NCBI GenBank assembly: GCA_026397315.1 | Contig: JAPLVC010000007.1 | Location: 1 to 64,000 of the forward strand | Length of the DNA: 64,000 nucleotides | Reading direction: 5' to 3' | DNA from: Candidatus Aenigmatarchaeota archaeon | GTDB lineage: Archaea; Aenigmatarchaeota; Aenigmatarchaeia; QMZP01; QMZT01 | In this document: positions 1 through 9,441 of the stretch, in pieces | How positions within the stretch are numbered: position 1 is the first letter of the stretch | Layout: each line of letters starts with the position of its first letter | Notes under the pieces: model-generated | The model's database searches: none | Told to the model about the DNA's origin: nothing | Seen by the model: only the letters and a program-made list of their open reading frames with translations | Made by a program: the position numbers and the translations under genes

Positions 1-177
1 CAGGCTTTTGCAAACTTTATTAATACGTTAGAATCAGATTTCACTGGGGACCCCCTCCTGTTTTTTCTCAACAATTAACAGTTGGGGACCATCCCCTCTT
101 ATAAAAAATAGAAAGGATTTCTACACGGGTGTTTAAACATATCTTTATATGCCGTTTTTTTTTTGAGTAATAAATGA

Positions 178-405
178 ATGAGGGTAAAAATACAAGAAGT
201 CAAAGTCGGTTCCAGAATGTGCAAGAAGGGCAAAAGCATCTATACCAAGCTGCTAATTAACTTGCCTTCGGTTTACAGAAAAATCCTCGGGTTGAAGAAA
301 GGCCATGAAATCGACATGAACCTCAAAAGTTTTGGCGACAAAGAACATTGGATAGTTGAAATGAAGTATGTTGCCGGAGAAAAAGAACCGGTCAAGCTGT
401 TCTAA
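178..405 (+). CDS. small AbrB/SpoVT-like DNA-binding protein
   Basis: 75 aa; 'INLPSVYRKILGLKKGHEI' resembles the AbrB-type swapped-hairpin motif. Confidence 0.5.
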   Translation: MRVKIQEVKVGSRMCKKGKSIYTKLLINLPSVYRKILGLKKGHEIDMNLKSFGDKEHWIVEMKYVAGEKEPVKLF

Positions 406-483
406 GCCAGATTAAAGTCACACGCCTTCATCAAAAGTTTTATATGTAATTTTTCCAAGATGTGGACAGATGGAGGTGTCCAG

Positions 484-792
484 ATGGGAATTATACAGGA
501 GTTCAAGCAGTTTTTGGATGAGTACAAAGTGATGGGGCTCGCGATAGCATTCATCATAGGCGCTGCGCTCACGACGCTCGTCCAGTCGCTAGTGAACGAC
601 ATAATAATGCCGGTTGTCTCGCCCGCGCTTTCAGCTACAGGCGACTGGAAGGCATCGGTTTTCCAGATCGGGCCGATAACGCTAAAGTGGGGCTCGTTCC
701 TCGGCGCGATAATAAACTTCGTGATAATCGCCTTCGTGATCTTCATGATAGCTAAGCTGATACTCAGGGAACCGAAGGTCGCGAAGAAGTGA
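484..792 (+). CDS. mscL: large-conductance mechanosensitive channel MscL
   Basis: 'EFKQFL..YKVMGLAIAFIIG...SLVNDIIMP', 'WGSFLGAIINFVIIAFVIF'; GGAGGTG RBS before ATG 484. Confidence 0.9.
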   Translation: MGIIQEFKQFLDEYKVMGLAIAFIIGAALTTLVQSLVNDIIMPVVSPALSATGDWKASVFQIGPITLKWGSFLGAIINFVIIAFVIFMIAKLILREPKVAKK

Positions 793-870
793 GCGCTTTT
801 TCTTTCCGTTTTTATTTCAAGCTTTTGTTTTAATTTTATATTTTCATTTAAGCCATATTTAGCTGATAGA

Positions 871-1902
871 ATGTCGAAAGTTTATTTCTTCCCGGCCGAT
901 GCGCAGCAGTCGATGGTGAACGCGCTGCCGAAACTCTATGACAAAATAGCAGGCGATTTCGCCGTGCACGGCAAGCGCGTCGCGATAAAGACGCACTTCG
1001 GCGAGAAAGGCAACACGACGTTCCTGCCACCTGCGTTCGCCAAAAAGATTTGCGACATCGTGCGCACGCATGGCGGCGAGCCCGAGCTCATCGAATGCAA
1101 CACGTTGTACAGGGGCGAAAGGCTCAGGACGGAAAACCACATCAAGCTCGCGAAAGCGCACGGCTTCGATTTCGCGCCCGTAGTCATATGCGACGATGGC
1201 GGCAAGAACTGGAACATCGCTAGCGAAGGGAAGCATTTCAAAAGCATAAAGGCCGGCGCGAAGCTGAAGGATTACGAGATCATGATAGCGGTCACCCACT
1301 GCAAAGGGCACATCGCCGCTGGCTACGGCGGCGCGCTCAAGAACATAGGCATGGGCCTCGGCAGCCGCGCGGGCAAGCTGGAGATGCACGCCAAGGTCAA
1401 GCCAATCTTCGAAAGCGCCAAATGCAAGGCCTGCGGCATTTGCGCTAGCGCATGCCCTGCGAACGCTATCGTCATTGAGAAATACGCTGTGATGGACAAG
1501 GCGAAATGCATCGGCTGCGCGACCTGCATAGCAGTCTGTCCCTACGGCGCGGTCGGGATTCCATGGTCCGGCACGACCCACGAGGAGATACAGGAGCGCA
1601 TAGTCGAATACGCGCACGGTATAACCGGAAAGATAAAGACGATATACTTCAACTTCCTGCTCAACATCACGCCGCAATGCGACTGCGTCGCAGACTCTGG
1701 CCCTGTCAAGATGCAGGACATCGGCATACTGGCTTCGGATGACGTCGTCGCGCTGGAGCAGGCGTCGATAGACATGATAAACAAGGCGTATGGCAAGGAC
1801 TTCTTCAAAGAGAGCAACAGAATCGAAGTCTCTGTCCAGCCCGCATACGCTGAGGCGATAGGCATGGGCAAGCGGGCGTATGAAATTGTAAAAATGGCAT
1901 GA
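871..1902 (+). CDS. DUF362-family protein with 2x[4Fe-4S] ferredoxin domain
   Basis: 'KTHFGEKGN', 'HCKGH..AGYGGALKN', two CxxCxxCxxxCP motifs. Confidence 0.85.
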   Translation: MSKVYFFPADAQQSMVNALPKLYDKIAGDFAVHGKRVAIKTHFGEKGNTTFLPPAFAKKICDIVRTHGGEPELIECNTLYRGERLRTENHIKLAKAHGFDFAPVVICDDGGKNWNIASEGKHFKSIKAGAKLKDYEIMIAVTHCKGHIAAGYGGALKNIGMGLGSRAGKLEMHAKVKPIFESAKCKACGICASACPANAIVIEKYAVMDKAKCIGCATCIAVCPYGAVGIPWSGTTHEEIQERIVEYAHGITGKIKTIYFNFLLNITPQCDCVADSGPVKMQDIGILASDDVVALEQASIDMINKAYGKDFFKESNRIEVSVQPAYAEAIGMGKRAYEIVKMA

Positions 1903-1989
1903 CAATTCCTGGCAATAAAATAACGCCGTTATATTTATAAACCCTTCAGTCAATACATCAATCCGTTTCGAGAATTTCAGGGTGATTAT

Positions 1990-2325
1990 GTGAAACCTTT
2001 ATGCGAATATATGATATCTGAGATGCTGCCGGGCTTCCGCGCGCTCATCGCGAAGAAGCTCATCGAGGACCATGGCATGTCCCAAACGCAAGTCGCGGAG
2101 CTGCTCGACACGACGCAGCCGGCGATTTCCCAGTACAGGCGCGACCTGCGCGGACGCAAGATCTCAGTGTTTCTCAATAACCAGAGGCTCACCGAGCAGC
2201 TGGAGAGGACCGCGAATAACATTGCTAACGGCGATGTAAGCCCGGAGAAGACGGGTCTCGAGTTCTGCAGGATGTGCAAGTGCATGCGGGACATCGGCAT
2301 AGTGTCCGGCTACTCGCTTTGCTAA
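1990..2325 (+). CDS. archaeal HTH transcriptional regulator
   Basis: 'PCE...LPGFRALIAKKL...MSQTQVAELLDTTQPAISQY' plus C-terminal CxxC. Confidence 0.8.
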   Translation: MKPLCEYMISEMLPGFRALIAKKLIEDHGMSQTQVAELLDTTQPAISQYRRDLRGRKISVFLNNQRLTEQLERTANNIANGDVSPEKTGLEFCRMCKCMRDIGIVSGYSLC

Positions 2326-2387
2326 GAGACGAGCGAGCAGACGTCAATTTCTATCCTTTTTTTAAGGGGCGCACTCAAAGTATTAGT

Positions 2388-2759
2388 ATGGACTATTGGG
2401 AGAAGAAGATCGCGGCAGCCACAATGGGCGATCCTGTCCAGACGCTCAAAAAGGACAAGATGCTTTTCAAGAAGCTGAAAGCGGAAAACGACAAGCTCAG
2501 GGAAGAGAAGCGCAAGCTGCTGAAAAACAACGACAGCCTCGTCAAGCTCGTGGAGCTGATGGAGGAGAAGGTCAGGAACCTCACCATAGACATGAAGAAG
2601 ACTTATTCATATTCGTACGAAAAAGGCGGCTGGGTGGAGAAGGGCGCGCTGGACGAGGGACGCATCGAACTCGCTCCGTCACAGATAAACATAGACTCGA
2701 TAAACAACCAGCTGGCCGAGATACTGAAGATGGTAGAGAAACACAGGATGAAAGAATAA
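2388..2759 (+). CDS. hypothetical coiled-coil protein
   Basis: heptad-rich ORF with host-like codon usage; start chosen at ATG 2388. Confidence 0.6.
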   Translation: MDYWEKKIAAATMGDPVQTLKKDKMLFKKLKAENDKLREEKRKLLKNNDSLVKLVELMEEKVRNLTIDMKKTYSYSYEKGGWVEKGALDEGRIELAPSQINIDSINNQLAEILKMVEKHRMKE

Positions 2760-2797
2760 ATAGGGCAGTAATGCTATTATAAAGTAAGCGAGGTGTC

Positions 2798-3226
2798 TTG
2801 ATGGCGAAGAAATCTATGCAGAAAGTGCATGACGGGTTGGAAAGCGTTCTGAACACTCTCAGTGAGGATGTTACGAAAGCGCTTGACATAAAGGAAGAGC
2901 GCAAACTGCTCGAGAAGAAAGTTAGGCAGCTCAAGGACGAGGAAATCCAGCTCAGCGAAGTGGTCGGCCACCTGCAGAAAACGCGCGACAAAATGCAGGA
3001 CGAGCTGAAGTCAAAGGTTCAGGAAGAGGAAGAGCTCAAGTCTAAACTCATGGCGCTCAAAGAGGACAAGGCAGGCATGGAATCCGACAAGCTTTCCCTT
3101 AACCAGCAGATAAAGAACCTGAAGAAAGAGAAAGAGCTTGCCCAAACGTCGCTCGAGAAGACGAACGACCTACTGATATCCTTGAAGCACCACATATCCG
3201 AGTTCGATGAAGAGATCAGGGGATAG
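2798..3226 (+). CDS. hypothetical coiled-coil protein
   Basis: E/K/L heptad repeats throughout; GAGGTG RBS. Confidence 0.65.
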   Translation: MMAKKSMQKVHDGLESVLNTLSEDVTKALDIKEERKLLEKKVRQLKDEEIQLSEVVGHLQKTRDKMQDELKSKVQEEEELKSKLMALKEDKAGMESDKLSLNQQIKNLKKEKELAQTSLEKTNDLLISLKHHISEFDEEIRG

Positions 3227-3333
3227 GCAGAAATCCGTCTTTGAATCAAGAACCGCTCTTAACGGGCGGATTCCTGTTATTTTTATTTTTGTTAATATCA
3301 TTTCTAATTGTAAGACTAGCGAAGCGTGAACCT

Positions 3334-4371
3334 ATGAAAAGAATCGGAGTTTCAGACCTGCCTCTGCATCCGGGCCGCTGCCCGCCGTGGCTGTTCAAGC
3401 GCATGAAAACGCTTGCTGGTTTGGTGAGCGAGGCGATAATTCTCGAATACGGAACGGACGAGTTTCTCAAACGGATAGCGAATCCGTATTTCTTCCAGTC
3501 CTTCGGATGCGTGCTTGGGTTCGACTGGCACTCATCGGGAATTACTACTACAACCATGGGTGCGCTCAAAGAATCGCTGGACCCGGAAAAGCACGGCATC
3601 GCCGTCCTCGGCGGCAAGGGCGGCACGTCGAGAAAAACGCCATTCGAAATCGAGCGAGCCAGCCAGGTATTCCCGCTGACGGACGAGGAGACCGAGTTCC
3701 TGAAATACGCGAGCCGCATGGCGGCGAAAGTCGATTCCTCAGCTGTGCAGGACGGCTACCAGCTCTACCATCATAATTTCATCCTCGCGGAGAACGGCAA
3801 CTGGGCAGTCGTTCAGCAGGGCATGAACAATGCGAACCGTTACGCCCGCCGCTACCACTGGCTTTCCCAGGAGCTTGAATCATTTGTCAACGAGCCGCAC
3901 ACTGCGATATGCTGTGACCATCGCGGACGGGCGCTCGACATGACCGCAAAGGGAAGCAAGGACGCGCGGAAAGCATCTGTCGACCTTGTGAAAGACGGCC
4001 TCGGCGAGGTGAGGAAGCTTCTGGTCATGGGCAGCTTCCACTGGATTGACAATTCCGTGTACAAACGCCTTCTCGACCTGAACGAGTTCCAGCCGCGCAA
4101 CTTCGAAGAACTGCTCGCGTTCCAGGGGGTCGGACCCAAGACGATACGCGCCCTAGCGCTCACGAGCAAGCTGGTCTACGGCACGGAAGCGAGCTGGAAA
4201 GACCCTGTGCAGTTCTCGTTCTCGCGCGGCGGCAAAGACGGCACGCCTTTCCCTGTCGAGCGCGACGCGTACGATGAGAGCAACCAGATGCTGCGCAGTG
4301 CGCTGGATAACGCGAAGCTTGGAAACAAGGAAAGGATTCAGGCAATCCGCAGGCTCGAGAATTTCGCTTGA
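3334..4371 (+). CDS. DUF763 family protein
   Basis: 'LPLHPGRCPPWLF', 'FQSFGCVLGFDWHSSGITT', 'QDGYQLYHH', HhH-like 'GVGPKTIRAL'. Confidence 0.9.
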   Translation: MKRIGVSDLPLHPGRCPPWLFKRMKTLAGLVSEAIILEYGTDEFLKRIANPYFFQSFGCVLGFDWHSSGITTTTMGALKESLDPEKHGIAVLGGKGGTSRKTPFEIERASQVFPLTDEETEFLKYASRMAAKVDSSAVQDGYQLYHHNFILAENGNWAVVQQGMNNANRYARRYHWLSQELESFVNEPHTAICCDHRGRALDMTAKGSKDARKASVDLVKDGLGEVRKLLVMGSFHWIDNSVYKRLLDLNEFQPRNFEELLAFQGVGPKTIRALALTSKLVYGTEASWKDPVQFSFSRGGKDGTPFPVERDAYDESNQMLRSALDNAKLGNKERIQAIRRLENFA

Positions 4372-4402
4372 AATTTATTAAGCCGATAGACAATTTCTAT
4401 AA

Positions 4403-4972
4403 ATGGAATTTCTCGTTTTAGGCCTTACGGGCAAGCGCGGCTCAGGCAAGGACACGATGGCCGATTACCTGAAAGCGAAATATGGATTCCGCGTGCTCAC
4501 ATACACGAACGACGTGCTCGCGCCCATACTGAAGGGGCAGGGAAAAGAAGTCACCCGCGAGAATCTGATTGCGCTCGCCCTAGCCTTGCGCGCGAAAGGT
4601 GGGAAGCACATAATAACAAAGCTCCTGTGCGACAAGATAGAGGCTAGCGGCCTCTGGGCAGTGAGCGGCGTGCGCTACCCGGAGGAAGTCGATTACTTCA
4701 AGAGTAAGTTCGGCGGAGCATTCGTTCTCGTAGAGGTCTGCTGCCACGTCGAGAAGCGACATGAACGCGTGGTGAAGCGCGGGACGAAAGGCGAAGGCCA
4801 CATGACCATGGACGAATTCATGGCCATCGAGGAGAAGGAAACGGAGAAAGTCATAAACGACACCATAAAGCTGGCAGGAATGAAAATCAGCAACGACGGT
4901 TCGATGGACGACTTCTACAAAAAGATAGACGCGCTGGCGAAGAAATTGAACATATCAAAAACTCAGAAGTGA
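4403..4972 (+). CDS. P-loop nucleotide kinase (archaeal dephospho-CoA kinase-like / NMP kinase family)
   Basis: 'GLTGKRGSGKDT' Walker A; 'GVRYPEEV'; 'ISNDGS'. Confidence 0.75.
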   Translation: MEFLVLGLTGKRGSGKDTMADYLKAKYGFRVLTYTNDVLAPILKGQGKEVTRENLIALALALRAKGGKHIITKLLCDKIEASGLWAVSGVRYPEEVDYFKSKFGGAFVLVEVCCHVEKRHERVVKRGTKGEGHMTMDEFMAIEEKETEKVINDTIKLAGMKISNDGSMDDFYKKIDALAKKLNISKTQK

Positions 4973-4982
4973 TTAATTCTTT

Positions 4983-6182
4983 CTATTTGTCGCTTATTTT
5001 GAATATCTTAACGAAAGCCAGCAACAGGAAGGCGCTGATTATGGTCGTTATCCCGGAAACTATCATCGGCACATGATAACCCATCAGCTGCCCTATGGGC
5101 CCGAAAACGAGCGAACCTGCAATCTGGCCGAGCAACGCGAGCGTGAACATGATGCCCGATCCGCCGCCCACCCTTTTGACGCCGAAGAGCTTCGACACCC
5201 AGAAGAAAATAGCGACGTTATACATGCCATCGCCCGATTCGTGGGTTATCCTTGTAAGGAAAGAGAACCATGGGATTGGGATTGTCTGAAGTATGAAAGA
5301 CACTCCGGACAACAGCAGGCCGAAAAACAATATCCATTTTACGCTGTTCTTGCCTGCGTCTATTCTTTTTCCGAAAACATATGCCATTATGCCGAGAAAG
5401 GGCAATGAGAATGCAGTGAACATTCCAACCATGAGCATGTCGAAGCCGAGGTTGTTTCTCAGGAACAAGCCGAAAGACGTGTTCTCTGCACCCCAGTGCA
5501 GCGCGTTCAGGAACATGACTACGCCCAGTGAAAGCACGCGGATGTTTATGACGTCCTTCTTGTAATCAGAGAGATTGATCTTGTATTTCGAGTGAGATTT
5601 GAATGATGCGAAAGGTATGAGGCAGATGTAAACCAAGCCGATTATTATGAAGCCGGCCCTGAAGCCGATCAGGTACGCCATTATGCCGCCGGCCAGAAGC
5701 CCGAAAGATGACGAGATGAATTTCACAAGGTTGTAGGCGCCGAACTTCCTGCCCTCCGAATCCTGCGTCTTGGTCTTGTACACGAGCGTTCTGAGCGAAA
5801 CGTCGCTCAGGTTGTAACCCAGCCCTCCCATGAAGAACAGCGGCAGAAATATGATGAAACTGTCAAGCAGGCTCAGGCTGAACAGGAAGACGGTGAGCAT
5901 CATTATGCCGGCGACCATTGTCAGGCGAATCGTCCATTTATCGTTTATCACGCCTGTCGGGAAGGTGACGAATATCGAGGCTATCGCATACAGCGAGACG
6001 AGGACGCCAATCTCGTAGCCGTTCAGGCCAATCGCAGAAAGATGTATGGGCAGCGCGAAAGATATGAATGAAAAGAAGAGCGCGAAGAAGAACAATATGA
6101 CCAGCGCCCGCCTGTAATTCGGGTCGTCTATGCCTTTCGCCAGCCCGCCGAGCCTGCCAATCATATTCTTATTTGACTTCAA
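4983..6182 (-). CDS. MFS transporter
   Basis: ~12 hydrophobic segments; 'GVINDKW' MFS motif-A-like. Confidence 0.85.
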   Translation of the reverse strand: MKSNKNMIGRLGGLAKGIDDPNYRRALVILFFFALFFSFISFALPIHLSAIGLNGYEIGVLVSLYAIASIFVTFPTGVINDKWTIRLTMVAGIMMLTVFLFSLSLLDSFIIFLPLFFMGGLGYNLSDVSLRTLVYKTKTQDSEGRKFGAYNLVKFISSSFGLLAGGIMAYLIGFRAGFIIIGLVYICLIPFASFKSHSKYKINLSDYKKDVINIRVLSLGVVMFLNALHWGAENTSFGLFLRNNLGFDMLMVGMFTAFSLPFLGIMAYVFGKRIDAGKNSVKWILFFGLLLSGVSFILQTIPIPWFSFLTRITHESGDGMYNVAIFFWVSKLFGVKRVGGGSGIMFTLALLGQIAGSLVFGPIGQLMGYHVPMIVSGITTIISAFLLLAFVKIFKISDK

Positions 6183-6227
6183 TCACTAATTTAAACATTC
6201 AAGAGCAAAAAAATATACCGGACAGTT

Positions 6228-6258
6228 CGACACATGCGCAGCATGTGTCATCCGCTGG
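6228..6258. repeat. hairpin repeat copy 1 (immediately upstream of tRNA-Thr)
   Basis: cgacacatgcgcagcatgtgtcatccgctgg; perfect 9-bp stem gacacatgc/gcatgtgtc; recurs at 6348-6378. Confidence 0.85.
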
Positions 6259-6261
6259 TTC

Positions 6262-6417
6262 GCCTCAGTAGCTCAACCCGGCAGAGCGATCGATTTGTAT
6301 CGATATTAAGAGGCCGCGCGCAGGCGCAGCCAATGACTTCGATAAGCCGACACATGCGCAGCATGCGTCATTCGCTAGAATATCGATAGGTTGAGGGTTC
6401 AAATCCCTCCTGGGGCT
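6262..6417 (+). tRNA. tRNA-Thr(UGU) with 82-nt intron at canonical 37/38 (6300-6381)
   Basis: acceptor GCCTCAG/CTGGGGC, D-arm GCTC/GAGC, anticodon stem ATCGA/TCGAT with TGT at 6296-6298, T-arm GAGGG-TTCAAAT-CCCTC; relaxed BHB (TTTG pairs with intron TAGA). Confidence 0.9.
6348..6378. repeat. hairpin repeat copy 2 (inside tRNA-Thr intron)
   Basis: cgacacatgcgcagcatgcgtcattcgctag; 28/31 identical to 6228-6258. Confidence 0.85.
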
Positions 6418-6471
6418 TTGGAATTCAGTTCCCACTTAGGGGTTTTCAATATAGACTCTCAGGTGGAATAG

Positions 6472-7596
6472 ATGGATATGAATTCCAACAAGGAAACGAT
6501 AGGGAAATTTATCAATTTCTGCAACAGCGAAGGCCTTTCGGAAGGCCGTTTGAACAAGCTGGAGACGGTTTTGAACAGGCTGTCGGACTGGCTGGGTGTG
6601 GGCTTCAAGGAAGCCGAGAGAACGGACATAGAGGCGCTTGTCGTCAAAATAAACAAGAGCGGCTTCAAGGACTGGACAAAAAGCGACTACAAGAAGATAC
6701 TGAAAAAGTTCTATAAATGGTATGAGGGCGACGGCGAAGAATGTCCGAAAAAGGTCAGATGGATAAAGGTCGGCAAAGTTCAGAGCAGGCGAATGGCCGA
6801 GGAGTTGCTCACACAAGAAGAAGTAAAAACCATGATAGAGCACGCATCCAACGTCAGGGATAAGGCCATAATCTCGGTTTTATACGAATCCGGCTGCAGG
6901 GCAGGGGAACTGCTCGGCCTTAAAATAAAGAGCGTGCAGAACAAAGGCAGTCTGGTTCACATACACGTTTCGGGCAAAACGGGCGATAGGCCGATACCTC
7001 TCGTTTTCTCCATTCCTTACCTTTCATCATGGATCAACAACCATCCGGAAAAGAACAACCCAGAAGCCAGTTTGTTCGTTTCCGTGGGAACGAGGAACAA
7101 CAGCAACCCCATAATATACGACACTTTGGGCAAGATGCTGAGAGACGTTGCCTTGAAGTCGGGGGTAAACAAAAAGGTGAATCCGCACAATTTCAGGCAT
7201 TCGCGAGCGTCGTACCTGGCGAACAAGCTAAAAGAGCCTCAGATGCGCATGTTCTTCGGCTGGGGCAACGACTCGGAAATGCCCGGAACGTATGTTCATC
7301 TGAGCGGCAGGGACATAGACGATGCCATACTCGAAGCGAGCGGCATCAAGAAGCCGGAAACCGACCAGTCAGACAAAACGCTTCATTCCAAGACATGCCC
7401 AAGGTGCAACACAATAAACGAGGCTACGGGGGCATTATGTTCAAAATGCATGTTGTCACTCAATGAGCAGTCAATGGTCGAATATGAGGAAAAAATTAAC
7501 GGGTTGTTGGGATTCCTGAATAATAGGAAAATTTTAGAAAAAATGATAGACGAAAGATTTGAACATAAATTGAAGTTATTCAAAGCACATAAATAG
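6472..7596 (+). CDS. tyrosine recombinase/integrase with C-terminal zinc ribbon
   Basis: catalytic set R (SGCRAGE), K (SGKTG), HxxR (HNFRH), W, Y (GTYVHL); CPRC..CSKC. Confidence 0.93.
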   Translation: MDMNSNKETIGKFINFCNSEGLSEGRLNKLETVLNRLSDWLGVGFKEAERTDIEALVVKINKSGFKDWTKSDYKKILKKFYKWYEGDGEECPKKVRWIKVGKVQSRRMAEELLTQEEVKTMIEHASNVRDKAIISVLYESGCRAGELLGLKIKSVQNKGSLVHIHVSGKTGDRPIPLVFSIPYLSSWINNHPEKNNPEASLFVSVGTRNNSNPIIYDTLGKMLRDVALKSGVNKKVNPHNFRHSRASYLANKLKEPQMRMFFGWGNDSEMPGTYVHLSGRDIDDAILEASGIKKPETDQSDKTLHSKTCPRCNTINEATGALCSKCMLSLNEQSMVEYEEKINGLLGFLNNRKILEKMIDERFEHKLKLFKAHK

Positions 7597-7617
7597 CATA
7601 GATACAATTCATAAAGG

Positions 7618-8205
7618 ATGAAAAAACACATACGAATAGAGGAATCTTATTTAAGAAGCAAGATGCTTAAGGAATTCAAGAGCATTGACAATTTAAGATT
7701 TTTGTCACTAATTGTCCATCAGTATGTGGAATATTTTTTGAATGAGCTAATTGTCAAAAATGTAAAAAATCCAGAATTGATTATTGATGATAGAGAATTG
7801 GGTACATTTTTTAAAAAGTTTACAATCCTTAAGGCAATAGGGTTATTTGATAGACGACCCGATGTGTTAAGAAACATAGAAGTAATCATGAAAGTTAGGA
7901 ATTATTACGCTCATAACATGATGACAGACAATAAAATACCTAGATTGATAATTGATAAAATTTTGACCATGGCTTTACCTAAAAAGGTTCACGAAACCAT
8001 TAGGAATGGAAAGCAAGTACCAGATGATATTATTAACGCATTGAAAAAAATGAAAGTACCCGAAGGGTATGTCGATGAAGGGGAGGGCAAATATCTAACA
8101 TTGTTTATCGGTCCTATCGATGAAACAAATGAATATTCTATCATCGCTCCATTCATAGTTGGTTCGATTTTAACAATTGAAAGCCTGAAATATCTTTCTG
8201 TTTAA
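7618..8205 (+). CDS. HEPN-like (RxxxxH) domain protein
   Basis: 'KVRNYYAH' in helical context preceded by 'HQYVEYFLNELI'. Confidence 0.55.
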   Translation: MKKHIRIEESYLRSKMLKEFKSIDNLRFLSLIVHQYVEYFLNELIVKNVKNPELIIDDRELGTFFKKFTILKAIGLFDRRPDVLRNIEVIMKVRNYYAHNMMTDNKIPRLIIDKILTMALPKKVHETIRNGKQVPDDIINALKKMKVPEGYVDEGEGKYLTLFIGPIDETNEYSIIAPFIVGSILTIESLKYLSV

Positions 8206-8754
8206 TCATTTAGTCCAATTTTCTTTTTCAGCTTCCATCAAATTAACGACGAAGAGCATTCCAAATTCAGTTAATCTAAATCTCACTCTGCCTCGTTTTG
8301 GAGTATCTTTGAACTTCTTTCTCATCCTGCTTATCATTTTCAATCTTTCCCTTACAACATCCTCCAGTTTCCTTTCCGCTTTGAATTCTGGGAATTCGAT
8401 GCCCTTAACCAGTTCATCCAATTCTTTAAGTAATTTATCATCATTTGGATGTGCCAGAAGTTTTTTTTCTATTTTGTAAACTCCTTTTTTTCTTAATTCT
8501 TTATCGATTCGCCTTGTTTCTTCTCTACCAAAACTCATCTGATTAAACAGTTCACCAAAGTAAAATCGCCGTGGATTCTCTATATTCAGGCGTTCAATTA
8601 AAAGGTGCTTCTCCAAATTTGTTAAAGCCCTAGATAACGAAGTGTTATTTTTGTAAATTTCAAAATCTTTAATCTCACTTCTATTATATACTCGATTGTA
8701 TTTTTCCTTTTCACCCATTCTGAGCATAAGCCTTTGTTCTGGGATTGATATCAT
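8206..8754 (-). CDS. hypothetical protein (possible winged-helix)
   Basis: 182 aa ORF; 'SLSRALTNLEKHLLIER' and 'FRLTEFG' resemble wHTH recognition helix and wing. Confidence 0.5.
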   Translation of the reverse strand: MISIPEQRLMLRMGEKEKYNRVYNRSEIKDFEIYKNNTSLSRALTNLEKHLLIERLNIENPRRFYFGELFNQMSFGREETRRIDKELRKKGVYKIEKKLLAHPNDDKLLKELDELVKGIEFPEFKAERKLEDVVRERLKMISRMRKKFKDTPKRGRVRFRLTEFGMLFVVNLMEAEKENWTK

Positions 8755-8922
8755 AAGAAAATATACATTTTGTGCTTAAACAATTTGCCCTATTGGCAAA
8801 CTATCCGGAAATTTCACTTTTGTCATATATTATCATGGAATTCAAGACCCTTACCGAACTTCTGGATTACGTTGATGCAGAAGTACAGAAAAGGGTGAAC
8901 AAAATAATCGAGGAGAGGGAGC

Positions 8923-9120
8923 ATGACCGAAGCGCATGATCTCGAATCCTCAATCATTGATATTCTCAGAAAAAGGCCCGCGAGTGCTGAAACGATATCG
9001 CATATCACAGGCCTCCCATCGAACTCCATCGGCATGAAACTCAGAAGGATGGAGAAATGGAGAATCATCCGACCTATAACGAAGAGGGAGATGCTGATCT
9101 GGAGCATAACGAAGGATTGA
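8923..9120 (+). CDS. small winged-helix DNA-binding protein
   Basis: 'IIDILRKRPASAETISHITGLPSNSIGMKLRRMEK'; GGAG-rich RBS. Confidence 0.7.
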   Translation: MTEAHDLESSIIDILRKRPASAETISHITGLPSNSIGMKLRRMEKWRIIRPITKREMLIWSITKD

Positions 9121-9174
9121 CTCGCCGAAAGCGAGCATAGGGGCTTGTCCCCGGCGAGCGGAAGGCGTCAATCC
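9114..9174. other. GC-rich branched stem-loop, candidate replication origin or structured RNA
   Basis: outer stem ggattgac/gtcaatcc enclosing ctcgc-cgaaa-gcgag and gggg-cttgt-cccc hairpins. Confidence 0.45.
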
Positions 9175-9232
9175 ACGAACCCGACTGCTGATTTGCCGTT
9201 ATGTCTCCATTTCGACCATAGGAGGTGAAAAA

Positions 9233-9400
9233 ATGGAAATATCAACGCCGATACAGGCGATACGAAAGAAGTGCGTGGAATGCTCTAACAACCAATACAA
9301 AGAGGTACGCAATTGTGAGCTAGCTAGCTGCCCACTTTTTCCGTACAGGATGGGGGTGAGGCCTGAGACGGCCAGAAAGGAATCTGGAAAAACTGCCTAG
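9233..9400 (+). CDS. small Cys4 zinc-binding protein of phage/plasmid type (not in ORF track)
   Basis: GGAGGTG RBS; MEISTPIQAIRKKCVECSNNQYKEVRNCELASCPLFPYRMG... (55 aa). Confidence 0.75.
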   Translation: MEISTPIQAIRKKCVECSNNQYKEVRNCELASCPLFPYRMGVRPETARKESGKTA

Positions 9401-9441
9401 CTAGCTGGGCAGAAATCGAAAAATACAGGAGTTTTGAACAT

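Noticed and set aside
40-100. Two TGGGGACC copies with G/C strings resembling origin recognition boxes
   Set aside because: Poor match to the ORB consensus and no cdc6/orc1 gene visible; context is cut by the window edge.
859-1953. 364-aa minus-strand ORF
   Set aside because: Antisense shadow of the well-supported DUF362 gene; typical of GC3-rich coding DNA.
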